Shown here one piece after another: positions 30,276 to 42,228 of a DNA stretch of 64,000 bases (its first letter is position 1; each line of letters begins with the position of its first letter). Position numbers and translations under genes: made by a program. The notes beneath the pieces are model-generated. The model was not told the origin of the DNA and did not search any database. It saw only the letters and a program-made list of their open reading frames with translations. Location of the stretch: NCBI GenBank assembly GCA_051252135.1, contig JBPOGH010000013.1, positions 32,001 through 96,000 on the forward strand, written 5' to 3'. Source of the stretch: Verrucomicrobiaceae bacterium (lineage in GTDB: Bacteria; Verrucomicrobiota; Verrucomicrobiia; Verrucomicrobiales; Akkermansiaceae).

Positions 30276-30353
30276 AGTTCACCGAACCGAGACGAGGTCT
30301 ACAAACGAGTCTTTGAGAAAGCGAAAAACTTTAAGAAGTATCAGAGCCACTGA
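30272..30353 (+). pseudogene. hsdR: HsdR (family B) reduced to its two termini
   Basis: ATG AAG TTC ACC GAA (MKFTE) is followed after a +1 shift by RDEVYKRVFEKAKNFKKYQSH*, resembling the HsdR C-terminal DEVYKEIFEQAENFKK motif. Confidence 0.7.
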
Positions 30354-30380
30354 TCCTTAGAGCGGTCGCTTGGAAACCAC

Positions 30381-30415
30381 AAAAAAAAGCCCGCCTCCCA
30401 CAAGGAGAGACGGGC
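30381..30415 (-). terminator. Rho-independent terminator of the fasciclin gene
   Basis: GCCCG...CGGGC hairpin with an A8 tract on + (U-tract on -). Confidence 0.75.
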
Positions 30416-30443
30416 ACACACGATACAATCAATCCCCGGCAAA

Positions 30444-30935
30444 TTACTCAGCCGGAAGTATCACCGCGTCGATCACGTGGATCACCCCATTCGTTCCGGC
30501 AATATCGGTCTTCACCACGTTCGCCTTATCGATCGTCACCTTCCCATCAGCCACCGCGATCGTGGCCTTCGCTCCATTCAGAGTCGGCACCTCGCCCGGT
30601 TTTACATCGGCCGCCATCACCTTCCCGGCGACCACGTGATACTTCAGAATCGCAGCAAGCTTCTCCTTGTTCTCCGGCTTCAAGAGACTTTCCACCGTCC
30701 CCTCCGGAAGCTTTTCAAAAGCCTCGTTCGTCGGCGCAAAAATCGTAAACGGACCGTCGCCCGAAAGCGCCTCGGCCAGCCCGGCCGCCTTCACCGCAGC
30801 GACCAGAGTTGAGAAGTTTTCATTGCACACAGCGATCTCGACAACGGTCTTGTCAGCCTTGCAATCGGAACCCGCCTGAGCGGTCAATGGCAGGACGAGG
30901 GATGCGGCTGCGAAGAGTGCGGTAGTAATTTTCAT
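30444..30935 (-). CDS. Fasciclin (FAS1) domain protein
   Basis: Signal peptide, [46 protein letters not shown]. Confidence 0.95.
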   Translation of the reverse strand: MKITTALFAAASLVLPLTAQAGSDCKADKTVVEIAVCNENFSTLVAAVKAAGLAEALSGDGPFTIFAPTNEAFEKLPEGTVESLLKPENKEKLAAILKYHVVAGKVMAADVKPGEVPTLNGAKATIAVADGKVTIDKANVVKTDIAGTNGVIHVIDAVILPAE

Positions 30936-31006
30936 AATCTTGGTTTTCTTTGAGTTCAGTTTTGTTCTTGGTGCCGGATTTCTTCCGACCCACCACAAAA
31001 GCACCA

Positions 31007-31026
31007 TTTTCAGTAATTACTGAAAA
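31007..31026. promoter_or_regulatory. Perfect 20-bp palindrome, candidate operator
   Basis: TTTTCAGTAATTACTGAAAA, ~70 bp upstream of the fasciclin start. Confidence 0.5.
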
Positions 31027-31337
31027 AAGGTGACTTTCGATAACTTTAGCTTGTGCGTTCCAAAATACCGCCTCTATTCTCCACCCCTTCTCTCACCCCT
31101 CACATCTCAAAATCCCCACAACCACCTCTCCCAAAGCACCTAACACCAACCCACCCCACAACGCTAAAGCCATAAGCCCACTTTATGCCTGACCACATAT
31201 TTCCCTATAAAACGAATAGCTGCACAAAAAAAGAACACCAAAGGCACCCCGGGAACCCTGGGAACCAAATCACCGACCAATAAAAGAGGCCTCTTCAAAC
31301 CTCCACCTCATCCCTCCCCTCTCCTTGCGTCTGACAG

Positions 31338-32198
31338 TCAGACACCCTTGCGCGTGCGCCTCAGCAACCCAAGGCACCCGATGAGCGCCAGCAACGCACT
31401 CTGTGGCTCCGGCACCGACTCCGCCGAAAAACCAACATTATCCAGACTTCCGTGAGCCGTGTTCGGATTGGCACTCACATTGCCAAACATCCCCACCCTC
31501 ACACTGGGCGCGCTCCCCAGACCACCCGCAAGCGTCATCACCTGCCCCGTCGTCGACTGCGGAAAGCTCACTCCGGTCATCGTCGCTCCGCTGTCATCAA
31601 AGATTCCATTCACCACCGACGAAAACTCAACCGTCCCGTCGCTCTTCATCGCGTAGTCCAAATTCACCGTGATCCAATCACCGGCGTATCCCAAATTATT
31701 GAACGAGGCGAGCGAGGTCTTCGTCGCCCCACTATCCGCAAAAACCGAGTAGTCACTGATTCCCGTCGCTTCCACATACACCCGAAACGAATCCGCCGCG
31801 GAATTCCCGGTGTTGCTGAAAAATCCCACTCCATACTGATCCCCCGCCGTCACCGCCCCGTCATCATCGGAACGGAAATCAAAAGACAACGAACCTTCCA
31901 CATCATCGGTCACCAATTCCGCCCCCGTCACGTCAACAGCCGTCAACACCGCCACTCCCGAAGTCCCGCTCGCCGTCGTGGAATTCATCGAGACCGAGTT
32001 CGCATTCCCATGCCCATGCTTGGTCTGACCAACATAAACCTGCCCCGGATTCAGCCCGCCTTCCCCGGTTGCCGTCTGGGTAAAATCACTCCCCACACTC
32101 CCAATACTCGTGAAATCATTGGTGTAGTTAAAAAGCTCCTGGGCGCTCAACGAACTCGCTGACACCAACAGAATCTTCGGGTAAAGATAGCTATTCAT
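31338..32198 (-). CDS. PEP-CTERM protein
   Basis: Signal peptide; C-terminal VPEPQSALLALIGCLGLLRRTRK. Confidence 0.9.
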   Translation of the reverse strand: MNSYLYPKILLVSASSLSAQELFNYTNDFTSIGSVGSDFTQTATGEGGLNPGQVYVGQTKHGHGNANSVSMNSTTASGTSGVAVLTAVDVTGAELVTDDVEGSLSFDFRSDDDGAVTAGDQYGVGFFSNTGNSAADSFRVYVEATGISDYSVFADSGATKTSLASFNNLGYAGDWITVNLDYAMKSDGTVEFSSVVNGIFDDSGATMTGVSFPQSTTGQVMTLAGGLGSAPSVRVGMFGNVSANPNTAHGSLDNVGFSAESVPEPQSALLALIGCLGLLRRTRKGV

Positions 32199-32361
32199 AA
32201 GGGGGTGCAGGTATTTTTATTAAATTTTATAAAATGTCAACAATCTTTGAAGTTCTTCACATCTTTTCTAACTTCTCTCCTTCCTGACTCACCACCAGCC
32301 TCTCACCGAAAATCTCAAATACAAACTGCTGACCGGTTCCCCTGCCCTCCCTCCCCCAAAG

Positions 32362-32396
32362 AAAAACCCGCCCCGCGAACAATCGCAGAACGGGTT
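32362..32396 (-). terminator. Probable katG terminator
   Basis: AACCCG..GCGA-ACAA-TCGC..CGGGTT hairpin with A-tract. Confidence 0.6.
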
Positions 32397-32426
32397 GAGA
32401 TTCACTCGGAGTGATCGGAAGCAGCC

Positions 32427-34625
<2,199 letters not shown>

Positions 34626-34765
34626 TTAAAAAATAGCACCTGATCCTAACAGGCATCCCTCTTTTAAAACCTCACCACAACCTGTCCATCAGCAAAACAC
34701 CAACGACCCATAAAGCCATAAGCCCTACTTATGACAAACAACCTCCCCTCAACAAACATCACTCT

Positions 34766-35575
34766 CTACTCCACCGAGACCCTCAGGACACAACCCTCCT
34801 TGCCCAACTCCGCCGGATCAGGCCACCAGATCAACTTGAAGGGATGATAAATCTCCTTCTCCGCCTCGATCATGATCTTCCCCGCCTTCGGGCTCCCCTG
34901 CTTCATCACCAGGGTCCGGTCCTCCAGACCCTTCGCCTTCACCTCGATCTCACTCGCACCCTCTTGAAAATATTCCTCCCCGTTCACATCCTCATCCGTC
35001 TCGTGAAATTTCAGCCGCACCTTCTTCCCATCCTTCACCCGCACCCCCTCCAAGGTATCCTTCCCCACCAACTTCTTCAGTTCCCGCTCACTCACATCGT
35101 CATCCAGATAATACATCTTCGGCATCCACAACTGCAGACCCACCCGAACCGGATTCTTCGTCTTTTGACCCACAATCCTCGGACGAATCACCATCTCCCC
35201 GCCATCCATCAAAAACGTCCACTCCACCTGGGTCTCGCCCCCATAAGTCGTCACTAGCGTCACCGGCCCCTTCGGATTCAGCCCCTTCTCATCCTCGCTC
35301 GTATGGGGATTCTCTTCAGCCAATTTTCGATAAACCGCTTTCCCGTTAAAATCTTCCTGCAGGAACTGACGAATCGGAAACGTCTTATGCGGCACCCGCT
35401 TCCGATCATCTTTGATCATCATCACCATCTCCGCATCCGCCCCGACCCCAAAGTCAAAATTTCGCTCCTCCCAACCCACAAAATAAGCCAACCACTCCTT
35501 CCCCTCACTCATCTCCGGTAACTGGCCAAACACCGACGACACAAGGAGCGCAAAAACCTGAAAAGTCCGTTTCAT
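34766..35575 (-). CDS. Hypothetical secreted protein
   Basis: Signal-peptide-like N-terminus; G-rich codon usage matching neighbouring minus-strand genes. Confidence 0.7.
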   Translation of the reverse strand: MKRTFQVFALLVSSVFGQLPEMSEGKEWLAYFVGWEERNFDFGVGADAEMVMMIKDDRKRVPHKTFPIRQFLQEDFNGKAVYRKLAEENPHTSEDEKGLNPKGPVTLVTTYGGETQVEWTFLMDGGEMVIRPRIVGQKTKNPVRVGLQLWMPKMYYLDDDVSERELKKLVGKDTLEGVRVKDGKKVRLKFHETDEDVNGEEYFQEGASEIEVKAKGLEDRTLVMKQGSPKAGKIMIEAEKEIYHPFKLIWWPDPAELGKEGCVLRVSVE

Positions 35576-35665
35576 CACCTCCAACTAAGCACCACACCCC
35601 GCCCCCCGTAAAGACCCTCTCTCATCTTTCGTTGTCATCTCACCGGCAAAGGCTAAACTCACCTG

Positions 35666-36061
35666 ATGAAAAAAATCACGCTCTGGCTGGTCGCCGCTCT
35701 CGCGCCCATCCTCTTAACTACCCCCGTCTCCGCCGAGGCCCCGGCCAGCCCCGCGGCCGAAGAAACCGTCGAAACCAAAACCCCCGTCCTCACCTACTAC
35801 TACTTCGACGGATGACCGATGTGCGCCAAGATTAAGGTCATCGTGAATGATCTCAAAAAGACCAAAGGAGAACAAATCGCCTTTAGCAACGTCCTCGTCG
35901 GCGCCGGCAACAGCGTCAAGGAAATCGAAAAAGCCAAACTCAAAAGCCACGGCATCATCGCCAAGGACAAGAAGGGCAAAATCGTCGAACTCGTCCACGG
36001 CCACTCCTACGGAAAAAAGGAAGTCGAAGCCGTCGTCGCCAAACTCCTCAAGGAGAAATAA
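35666..36061 (+). CDS. Putative selenoprotein, secreted thioredoxin-like fold with UxxC motif (Sec at codon 50)
   Basis: MKKITLWLVAALAPILLTTPVSAEAP...PVLTYYYFDG-TGA(35813-35815)-PMCAKIKVIVNDL..., all in one frame; hairpin at 35835-35853. Confidence 0.8.
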
Positions 36062-36091
36062 CCTGCCCCCCATCAACATCCTCCATCACCG

Positions 36092-36120
36092 AACGCCAGA
36101 AGTCCTCTTCTGGCGTTTTT
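36092..36120 (+). terminator. Rho-independent terminator
   Basis: AACGCCAGAAG-TCCT-CTTCTGGCGTT followed by a T tract. Confidence 0.8.
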
Positions 36121-36185
36121 GTTTACAATCCCGCACCCCACAAGAACATCTCCCTACCTGGAAACCACCCACCAAACCTGTCTCC

Positions 36186-37847
36186 ATGCCTTCCTTCACA
36201 CCATCTCTTCTCGCCCTCGCCTCCTTCCTCCTCTCGCTTCAGTGCGTCTCCGGAAAAATCCTTCCCCTCGAAAATCCCGACCCCGCCACCCCCATCTCCC
36301 TCGCCCAATGGCAGGTCGCCGACCTCTCCTACCCCCTCAAGGACCCGGTCGCCAACCCCTTCTCCAAACAAGCCCACGCCCTCGTAAAGCACGGCGACGC
36401 CACCCAAAAAGTTTCCCTCTTCTTCAACGGCAACAACACTTGGGTCTTCCGCTTCTCCAGCGCCACCACCGGCTCCCAATCCTTCACCATCCAGTCCGAA
36501 ATCCCCGAACTCAACGGCAAGTCCGGCACCTTCAACATCACCCCCAACGAAAAACAAAACCGCCACGGCGGAATCGTCCTCAATAAAGAAAACCCCCAAC
36601 ACTTCTTCTACCAGGACGGCTCGCACTACTTCAATCTCGCCTTCGAGTGCGACTGGCTCTTCGCCCTCGACTACGGCCAACCCAACACCCCAAAAACCAA
36701 CCACCTCCTCGACCAAATCGCCAAGCACGGCTTCAACCAAATCGTCATGAACGTCTACTCATACGATGTCGACTGGCCCAAGGACAAACGCCTCGCCCAA
36801 CATCCGGAACACGAATACGGAGGCCGCGAAGACATCTTCCCCTTCCTCGGCTCCAACTCCAATCCCGACCACTCCTCCCTCAACCTCGCCTTCTTCCAGC
36901 ACTTCGACAAAGTCATCTCGGAAATGCACGACCGCGAGCTCGTCTCCCACCTCATGATCTACGTCTGGAACAAGCTCGTCGCCTGGCCCGAGATGGAATC
37001 GGAGGCCGACAACCTCTACTACGACTACGTCATCAAACGCTACCAGGCCTTCCCCAACATCATCTGGGACGTCTCCAAAGAAGCCCTCCACCGCACCCGC
37101 GCCACCAAGGAATACATCTCCGAAAGAATCGAGCGCACCCGCAAGCTCGACTCCTACAACCGCCTCGTCTCCGTGCACGACTACGGCTTCTGCCGAAATC
37201 ACGCCGACCAGGTCGACTTCATCTCCATGCAAAATTGGAAGCACACCCTCTACCAACACATGCTCGAAGCCCGCCGGGAATTCCCCAAAATGCCCATCTT
37301 CAACATCGAGCACGGCGGCTACGAGGAATCACCCTACGTCGTCTTCCCCGGTGCCTATGTAGACGCCGGGACCTGCCTCCGCCGGAACTACCTCTGCCTC
37401 TTCGCCGGAGGCTACACCACCTACTACTGGCAGGGTGCCTCCTGGAACGCCGTCATCCACAACCCCTTCGAACAACCCGAGGACTTCATCAAACCCCGCT
37501 TCGACTACTTCGCCCACATGCGCACCCTCTTCGACACCGTCAATTTTGAGAACTGCCAACCCAGCCCTCGCGACAACTCCAGCGGCTTCAATCTCACCAA
37601 CAAAAAAGACGGCATCGTCCTTCTCTACTGCCCCAAGGAAAATCACTTCATCGGCGCCAACGGCCAGCTCCAGCGCGAGTTCGACTACTCAAACGCCACC
37701 ACCCAATGGTTCAACACCCTCACCGGTGAGTTCACCGATGAGAAAAAATTCACCTTCAAAGACCTCGGCTTCTGGGAATGGCGACCCTGGCGCAACGAAG
37801 CCGACGCCATCCTCATCTTCCGTAACCTGAAGGCGCTGGGCAAATAG
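36186..37847 (+). CDS. DUF5060/DUF4038-type putative glycoside hydrolase (apiosidase-like)
   Basis: Signal peptide; WVFRFS; HFFYQDG; GFNQIVM; NLAFFQHFDKVI; RYQAFPNIIWD; NIEHGGYE; WFNTLTG. Confidence 0.75.
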   Translation: MPSFTPSLLALASFLLSLQCVSGKILPLENPDPATPISLAQWQVADLSYPLKDPVANPFSKQAHALVKHGDATQKVSLFFNGNNTWVFRFSSATTGSQSFTIQSEIPELNGKSGTFNITPNEKQNRHGGIVLNKENPQHFFYQDGSHYFNLAFECDWLFALDYGQPNTPKTNHLLDQIAKHGFNQIVMNVYSYDVDWPKDKRLAQHPEHEYGGREDIFPFLGSNSNPDHSSLNLAFFQHFDKVISEMHDRELVSHLMIYVWNKLVAWPEMESEADNLYYDYVIKRYQAFPNIIWDVSKEALHRTRATKEYISERIERTRKLDSYNRLVSVHDYGFCRNHADQVDFISMQNWKHTLYQHMLEARREFPKMPIFNIEHGGYEESPYVVFPGAYVDAGTCLRRNYLCLFAGGYTTYYWQGASWNAVIHNPFEQPEDFIKPRFDYFAHMRTLFDTVNFENCQPSPRDNSSGFNLTNKKDGIVLLYCPKENHFIGANGQLQREFDYSNATTQWFNTLTGEFTDEKKFTFKDLGFWEWRPWRNEADAILIFRNLKALGK

Positions 37848-37865
37848 TAGCCTCCATCCTCGCGT

Positions 37866-38579
37866 TCAGCGTCTCCTCACCAGGCACCCTCCAAGGAGTG
37901 CCAGTGAACCAAGCAGAACCACCGATGGCTCGGGAACAACCTGCGTCACCGTCACCTTGAAGTTGTCAGCCAGCACAACCCGCTGCTCTGACACGTGACT
38001 CGTCGGAGTATCCGCTACCAATTCGGCACTCGAGTAGAACCCGAACCCAAACGCAAGCGGAGTGCTCCCGCTAAAATCCCGCCCCGAAAAGTTCGACGCA
38101 TCCAGATCGACCACCGAAACCGTATGCCAATCTCCATCGGTCGTAAAACTCGTGAACCCGCTCGAAGAACCACCGCCCGTCGTCGCATCCTCCACATTAA
38201 AAAAGACCGATGAAAACGGATCGCTCGACTTCAAATCAATCGAAAAGGAAATCTTATCAATCGCCCCATCCACACTCGGCGTGTAGGTGAAAGTCTGATC
38301 GACAAAGAACGACTGCACAAACGTGCTCCCACTCACACCCGGCCCCGACGCCACCTCGTGGGAATGCGTCACCCGCAACAAACCTCCCGGGTTCCCTCCG
38401 GTCCCCAGAGCAAGCTGGGATTCCGAAGACAGATCATCAGGATTACTACCGCTGTCCGAGCCATTGAATGAAAAGCTGTCGTAAAACGGCGCATCCATTG
38501 AATCGCTAAAAATAAGAGTCTGGGCACTGGACAGACTGACGGCACCAAGGGTGCAAAGGGCCATACAAATCGATTTCAT
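37866..38579 (-). CDS. PEP-CTERM protein
   Basis: Signal peptide; VPEPSVVLLGSLALLGGCLVRRR. Confidence 0.9.
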   Translation of the reverse strand: MKSICMALCTLGAVSLSSAQTLIFSDSMDAPFYDSFSFNGSDSGSNPDDLSSESQLALGTGGNPGGLLRVTHSHEVASGPGVSGSTFVQSFFVDQTFTYTPSVDGAIDKISFSIDLKSSDPFSSVFFNVEDATTGGGSSSGFTSFTTDGDWHTVSVVDLDASNFSGRDFSGSTPLAFGFGFYSSAELVADTPTSHVSEQRVVLADNFKVTVTQVVPEPSVVLLGSLALLGGCLVRRR

Positions 38580-38681
38580 AACCTCCCTTTTTACCCCCCT
38601 CTCGCCAAAAAAGGCAATGTCAATCGAGGTCGCTAAGACCAGCGAAAAATCAACATCACAAGATGGTCACACCTCCCGTCC

Positions 38682-39689
38682 CTACCGCGCCAACCTCACA
38701 AATCCAATCTTCCCCTTCCCTCCCAACTGCTCCACCGACTTCTCAAAAGCCGGCACATAGCGCTCACTCGAAAAAAACGGACCACTCCCAAACACCCCCG
38801 ACGAACCACCACCCGTGAGATACCCGATGAGAATCGGCTCACCACGCACAAAGATAAACGACGGATTCGAACTGTCTCCCCCGATCGCCCGATTCGGTTC
38901 ACGCCGGAACTCCGCCGCCACCGGCACCTCCATCCCATAAACAATCGCCCGGCTGTCACCGTAAATCCTCTTCACATTATAAATCACACACTCCCGCTCC
39001 CGACTCGTATTGAGCGTCTTCGCATTCGCCAGAAACTCCATCCAATCCACCTTCTTACCCGCCCTATCCACCGGCGAGAGCAGCCGGTAGGACGTCACCG
39101 CCTCCGGCAGCGCCTTATCCAACATCACAATCGTGATATCCGCCCAAATATCCGGATTCACATACTTCGCAATCCGACGCTCATACCGCCTCCCGCTCCG
39201 GTCATGGAATCTCACCACCGCCTTCGCCTCCCCCGCCTTCACCACCTGCACCTCACCCTTCTTCGCCGTCGGTGACAGCCCCCTCCGCACAATCGTATGC
39301 TGCGCAATGATTCCATGCTGCGGCGTAATCATCGTAATCTCCGCCGTCGACGTCTCACGCCCCTTCTTCACCTGCACATCATCCCAGGCCACCCCCGTCA
39401 TATCGACCGGATACGTCCAGGACCCCACCGCCCAACGCACATCCTGATCCCGATTGTAAAAATCAAACAACTGCCGCGATCCCCCGCCCCCCTTCATCAG
39501 CACATCAAAATGCGCATCTGAGTGACCCTTCAACGTCGCCAGACTCGGCACCTCATTGGCCAACTTCCCTCCCGGGAAATTCACCCCCACCCGCACCGCC
39601 TTCCGCACCTCCCCCACCGACTGACCCCCAACCGGCCCCACACAGGAAACCAACACCATCAGCAAACACAAAACGGAAAATCCCTTCAT
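38682..39689 (-). CDS. Lipoprotein with divergent trypsin-like serine protease features
   Basis: Lipobox LVSC; ITPQHGIIAQH, DITIVML and GGDSSNP correspond to His/Asp/Ser triad positions. Confidence 0.6.
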   Translation of the reverse strand: MKGFSVLCLLMVLVSCVGPVGGQSVGEVRKAVRVGVNFPGGKLANEVPSLATLKGHSDAHFDVLMKGGGGSRQLFDFYNRDQDVRWAVGSWTYPVDMTGVAWDDVQVKKGRETSTAEITMITPQHGIIAQHTIVRRGLSPTAKKGEVQVVKAGEAKAVVRFHDRSGRRYERRIAKYVNPDIWADITIVMLDKALPEAVTSYRLLSPVDRAGKKVDWMEFLANAKTLNTSRERECVIYNVKRIYGDSRAIVYGMEVPVAAEFRREPNRAIGGDSSNPSFIFVRGEPILIGYLTGGGSSGVFGSGPFFSSERYVPAFEKSVEQLGGKGKIGFVRLAR

Positions 39690-39804
39690 CTCCCCAACCC
39701 TACTCTCGATAAATCACTCGAGAAACAACGAACTTCCCCACCTTCCTTTTCTCACAATTTTCATCTCATTAACGCCCCACCTGCGCTAAAGCTGACCTGT
39801 CATC

Positions 39805-40431
39805 ATGTCCCTTCAGAATCAATCCATCCACGAGATCTTCGAACACCAGAAGCTCGATCTCTTGCATCACCTCCTGAAAAATTCCGATGACCTCCACACC
39901 GCCATCATCTTTCTCCGCAGTCGCGATGCCGTCCACGCCGTCAACACCTCACTCAATCAGGCCGGCATCAGCGTCGCTTCACTCCACGGAAATAAAAAAA
40001 TCGAACTCCGCGAGCGCGCCCTCAAAGAACTTAAGGAAGGCAAAATCCGCGTCCTCGTCGCCACCGAGGCCGTCCTCCGCACCCTCGACATCACCGGAGT
40101 CCGCCACGTCATTCACTTCGAATTCCACGAGCTCAATGCCGACTACGCCAACCGCGTAACAAGCACCCTGGACGCCGGAGGAACCGTCACCACCTTCGTC
40201 ACCCCCAAGGACATCAAACTCCTCGCCAAGCTCGAAGAGTTCGTCGGCCAAGAACTCCCCCGCAAGACCGCCCCGGACTTCCCCTACGACGAACAACCCC
40301 GCAAATCCCGCGCCCTCGGAGACGAATCCAGGACCGCCAACAAAACCGGCAACAAACCCCTCCAGCACAAAAAGCCCAAACTCAAAAACAAGGGCCCCCG
40401 CCGCAAAACCGGACGCACCAGAAAACGGTAG
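39805..40431 (+). CDS. Stand-alone DEAD-box-like helicase C-terminal (RecA2) domain protein with basic tail
   Basis: KLDLLHHLL, AIIF, SLHGNK, VLVATEA..LDITGVRHVIHF; motif VI is degenerate and there is no N-terminal DEAD domain. Confidence 0.8.
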   Translation: MSLQNQSIHEIFEHQKLDLLHHLLKNSDDLHTAIIFLRSRDAVHAVNTSLNQAGISVASLHGNKKIELRERALKELKEGKIRVLVATEAVLRTLDITGVRHVIHFEFHELNADYANRVTSTLDAGGTVTTFVTPKDIKLLAKLEEFVGQELPRKTAPDFPYDEQPRKSRALGDESRTANKTGNKPLQHKKPKLKNKGPRRKTGRTRKR

Positions 40432-40495
40432 CATCCCGGCCGGCTTCTGCAGGAAGCCAATATTCATTCCCCGTCAAAGTCATGGGGACAAAGCC

Positions 40496-40532
40496 AAAAA
40501 AAACTGCCTTCAGGACCAAGGTCCTGAGGCAG
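40496..40532 (-). terminator. Terminator hairpin (identical copy at ~42169-42206)
   Basis: A-tract + ACTGCCTTCAGGACCAAGGTCCTGAGGCAGT. Confidence 0.8.
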
Positions 40533-40554
40533 TCGATCGATTGACCGTAGGTTG

Positions 40555-41985
40555 TTACACGGACCGACGACGTCCAAAGAGGAACACCGCACCGACCAAT
40601 GTAAGAAGTGCCGCACTTGGCTCCGGAATCGTAACCAAAGACCCCGTCAGGAAATAAGCTCCCATGTCGAAGTAATCGTTTTCTCCGGGGTTAAAGGTCG
40701 AGTCCTGCGCATGTCCGCCAAAACTCTTCACTTCAAGATAGTAATCACCGGCCGTCAGGGTCGCGAACAGATCGGAGATCATCGTGTCCGTCGCCTCATC
40801 CCCTGATTTGATCAGAGTGTCCGATGAATCATAAAGTGAAATAATGCTTCGCAGTGTCCCCACCCCGTCTGCCTGACCCGGCACAATGAAGTCCGTGCTG
40901 TTATTGATCGTGAGGTTGAGCTGGGAAGTATCCCCCACCGTAAGGCTGAAGTAATCCTTGGTGTAATTGTCCGATCCAATCGGATTGTAACTATTCAGAC
41001 CATTCGGAACGATGATCCCCTTCGCCGAAGTAAAATCAATATCAGTCCCATTAAGACCCAGCACCGTTGCCGTGGCTGGCGTATGCCCGATTCCATCATC
41101 GACCAGGGTCAACCCCGCATTGGTGCTCAACAGGCGCGCAACATCGTTCTGCTGATGATTCGCGTAATTGGCTGAAGACTCTCCGACATAAGCCTCGGAA
41201 GCGTTGGAATCACCATAACGCCAGGCCGTCCGTTGACGCCCGTCGGCGTTTCCGATGATGGGGACATACGAACCGCTGCCGGCATTCGTATCACCCACCG
41301 AATACTCGGCGGAAAGCGTGTTCCCGCTGTAGTCACTCTGGTGATTCAGACCAAAGGCGTGGGCATTCTCGTGAGACGTCACCCGGCCAATGTAATCACC
41401 ATTGATCACACCACCGTTGTTCGCACCCGCCTGACCCTGGCTCAACATGAAGTTCGTCCGGGACCCATAGTAGGAATTGTTCCCGCCAATCACCGCAATT
41501 CCAGATGTTCCGTCGGCTCCGGCAACCCAGGACGCCTGACCACCCGATCCATCATCGCGAAGCCCGGACCCCACCACCGTGTGCATGAAGTTCGCCTTGG
41601 AATCATAATATGTCTGACGATCCTTGTCCGTCGCCGCCTGACCCGCAGCTACCGCAGGATCAATCGTCGTCACATTCACATCGAAACCAATGTAGGATTG
41701 TGACACCCGGGCCCAAAGCTTCTTGATCTCCTCTTGCTCCGCCGCGTTGAACGACCCCGTATTGGCCACATCGTTCAAAGCCGGAGTATCCCCCGGCGAA
41801 AGAAGGTCCCCTCCGTCCAACCACGTTCCATCGTAATTGAATCCGGCCACGTTGAGATATATCTCATACGCCGCTCCGGGTCGGCTGCTCAGCTGGGGAA
41901 CCCCCGTGGTGTGGACATCAGCCAAGGCTGAAAACGTAAAAGCCGCAGTGAGTCCGAGCACCGCGCGCGTGTAATGGTTATGCAT
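40555..41985 (-). CDS. PEP-CTERM zinc metalloprotease-like protein (paralog 1)
   Basis: LSSRPGAAYEIYL; HENAHAFGLNH metzincin motif; IPEPSAALL...GRRRSV. Confidence 0.88.
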   Translation of the reverse strand: MHNHYTRAVLGLTAAFTFSALADVHTTGVPQLSSRPGAAYEIYLNVAGFNYDGTWLDGGDLLSPGDTPALNDVANTGSFNAAEQEEIKKLWARVSQSYIGFDVNVTTIDPAVAAGQAATDKDRQTYYDSKANFMHTVVGSGLRDDGSGGQASWVAGADGTSGIAVIGGNNSYYGSRTNFMLSQGQAGANNGGVINGDYIGRVTSHENAHAFGLNHQSDYSGNTLSAEYSVGDTNAGSGSYVPIIGNADGRQRTAWRYGDSNASEAYVGESSANYANHQQNDVARLLSTNAGLTLVDDGIGHTPATATVLGLNGTDIDFTSAKGIIVPNGLNSYNPIGSDNYTKDYFSLTVGDTSQLNLTINNSTDFIVPGQADGVGTLRSIISLYDSSDTLIKSGDEATDTMISDLFATLTAGDYYLEVKSFGGHAQDSTFNPGENDYFDMGAYFLTGSLVTIPEPSAALLTLVGAVFLFGRRRSV

Positions 41986-42099
41986 AATTGGTTGAATTCA
42001 AATTTATGAGGGGCCGAAACCTTAAAGGAGAACATTTGATACGCTTCACCTAGGAAGGTCACAGGGGCTCAATGGTGCATATTCCCAACACTTTGGATA

Positions 42100-42115
42100 T
42101 AGGACCTTAGTCCTA
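42100..42115. promoter_or_regulatory. Palindromic box, candidate response-regulator site
   Basis: TAGGACCTTAGTCCTA, 115 bp upstream of the paralog 1 start. Confidence 0.65.
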
Positions 42116-42228
42116 CAAACCACCCTAGTACTAATTCTGTGAAGGCCAATCCTCACCGATTTCACTGCAAAAAAAAACTGCCTTCAGGACCAAGGTCCTG
42201 AGGCAGTCGATCGATTGACCGTAGGTTA

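Noticed and set aside
22400..30400. Prophage, IS element or integron as vehicle of the defence island
   Set aside because: No integrase, transposase, tRNA target or attC-like sites were recognisable.
35847..36185. N-terminal extension of the 666-aa ORF
   Set aside because: It overlaps the selenoprotein gene and its terminator; the signal peptide begins at ATG 36186.
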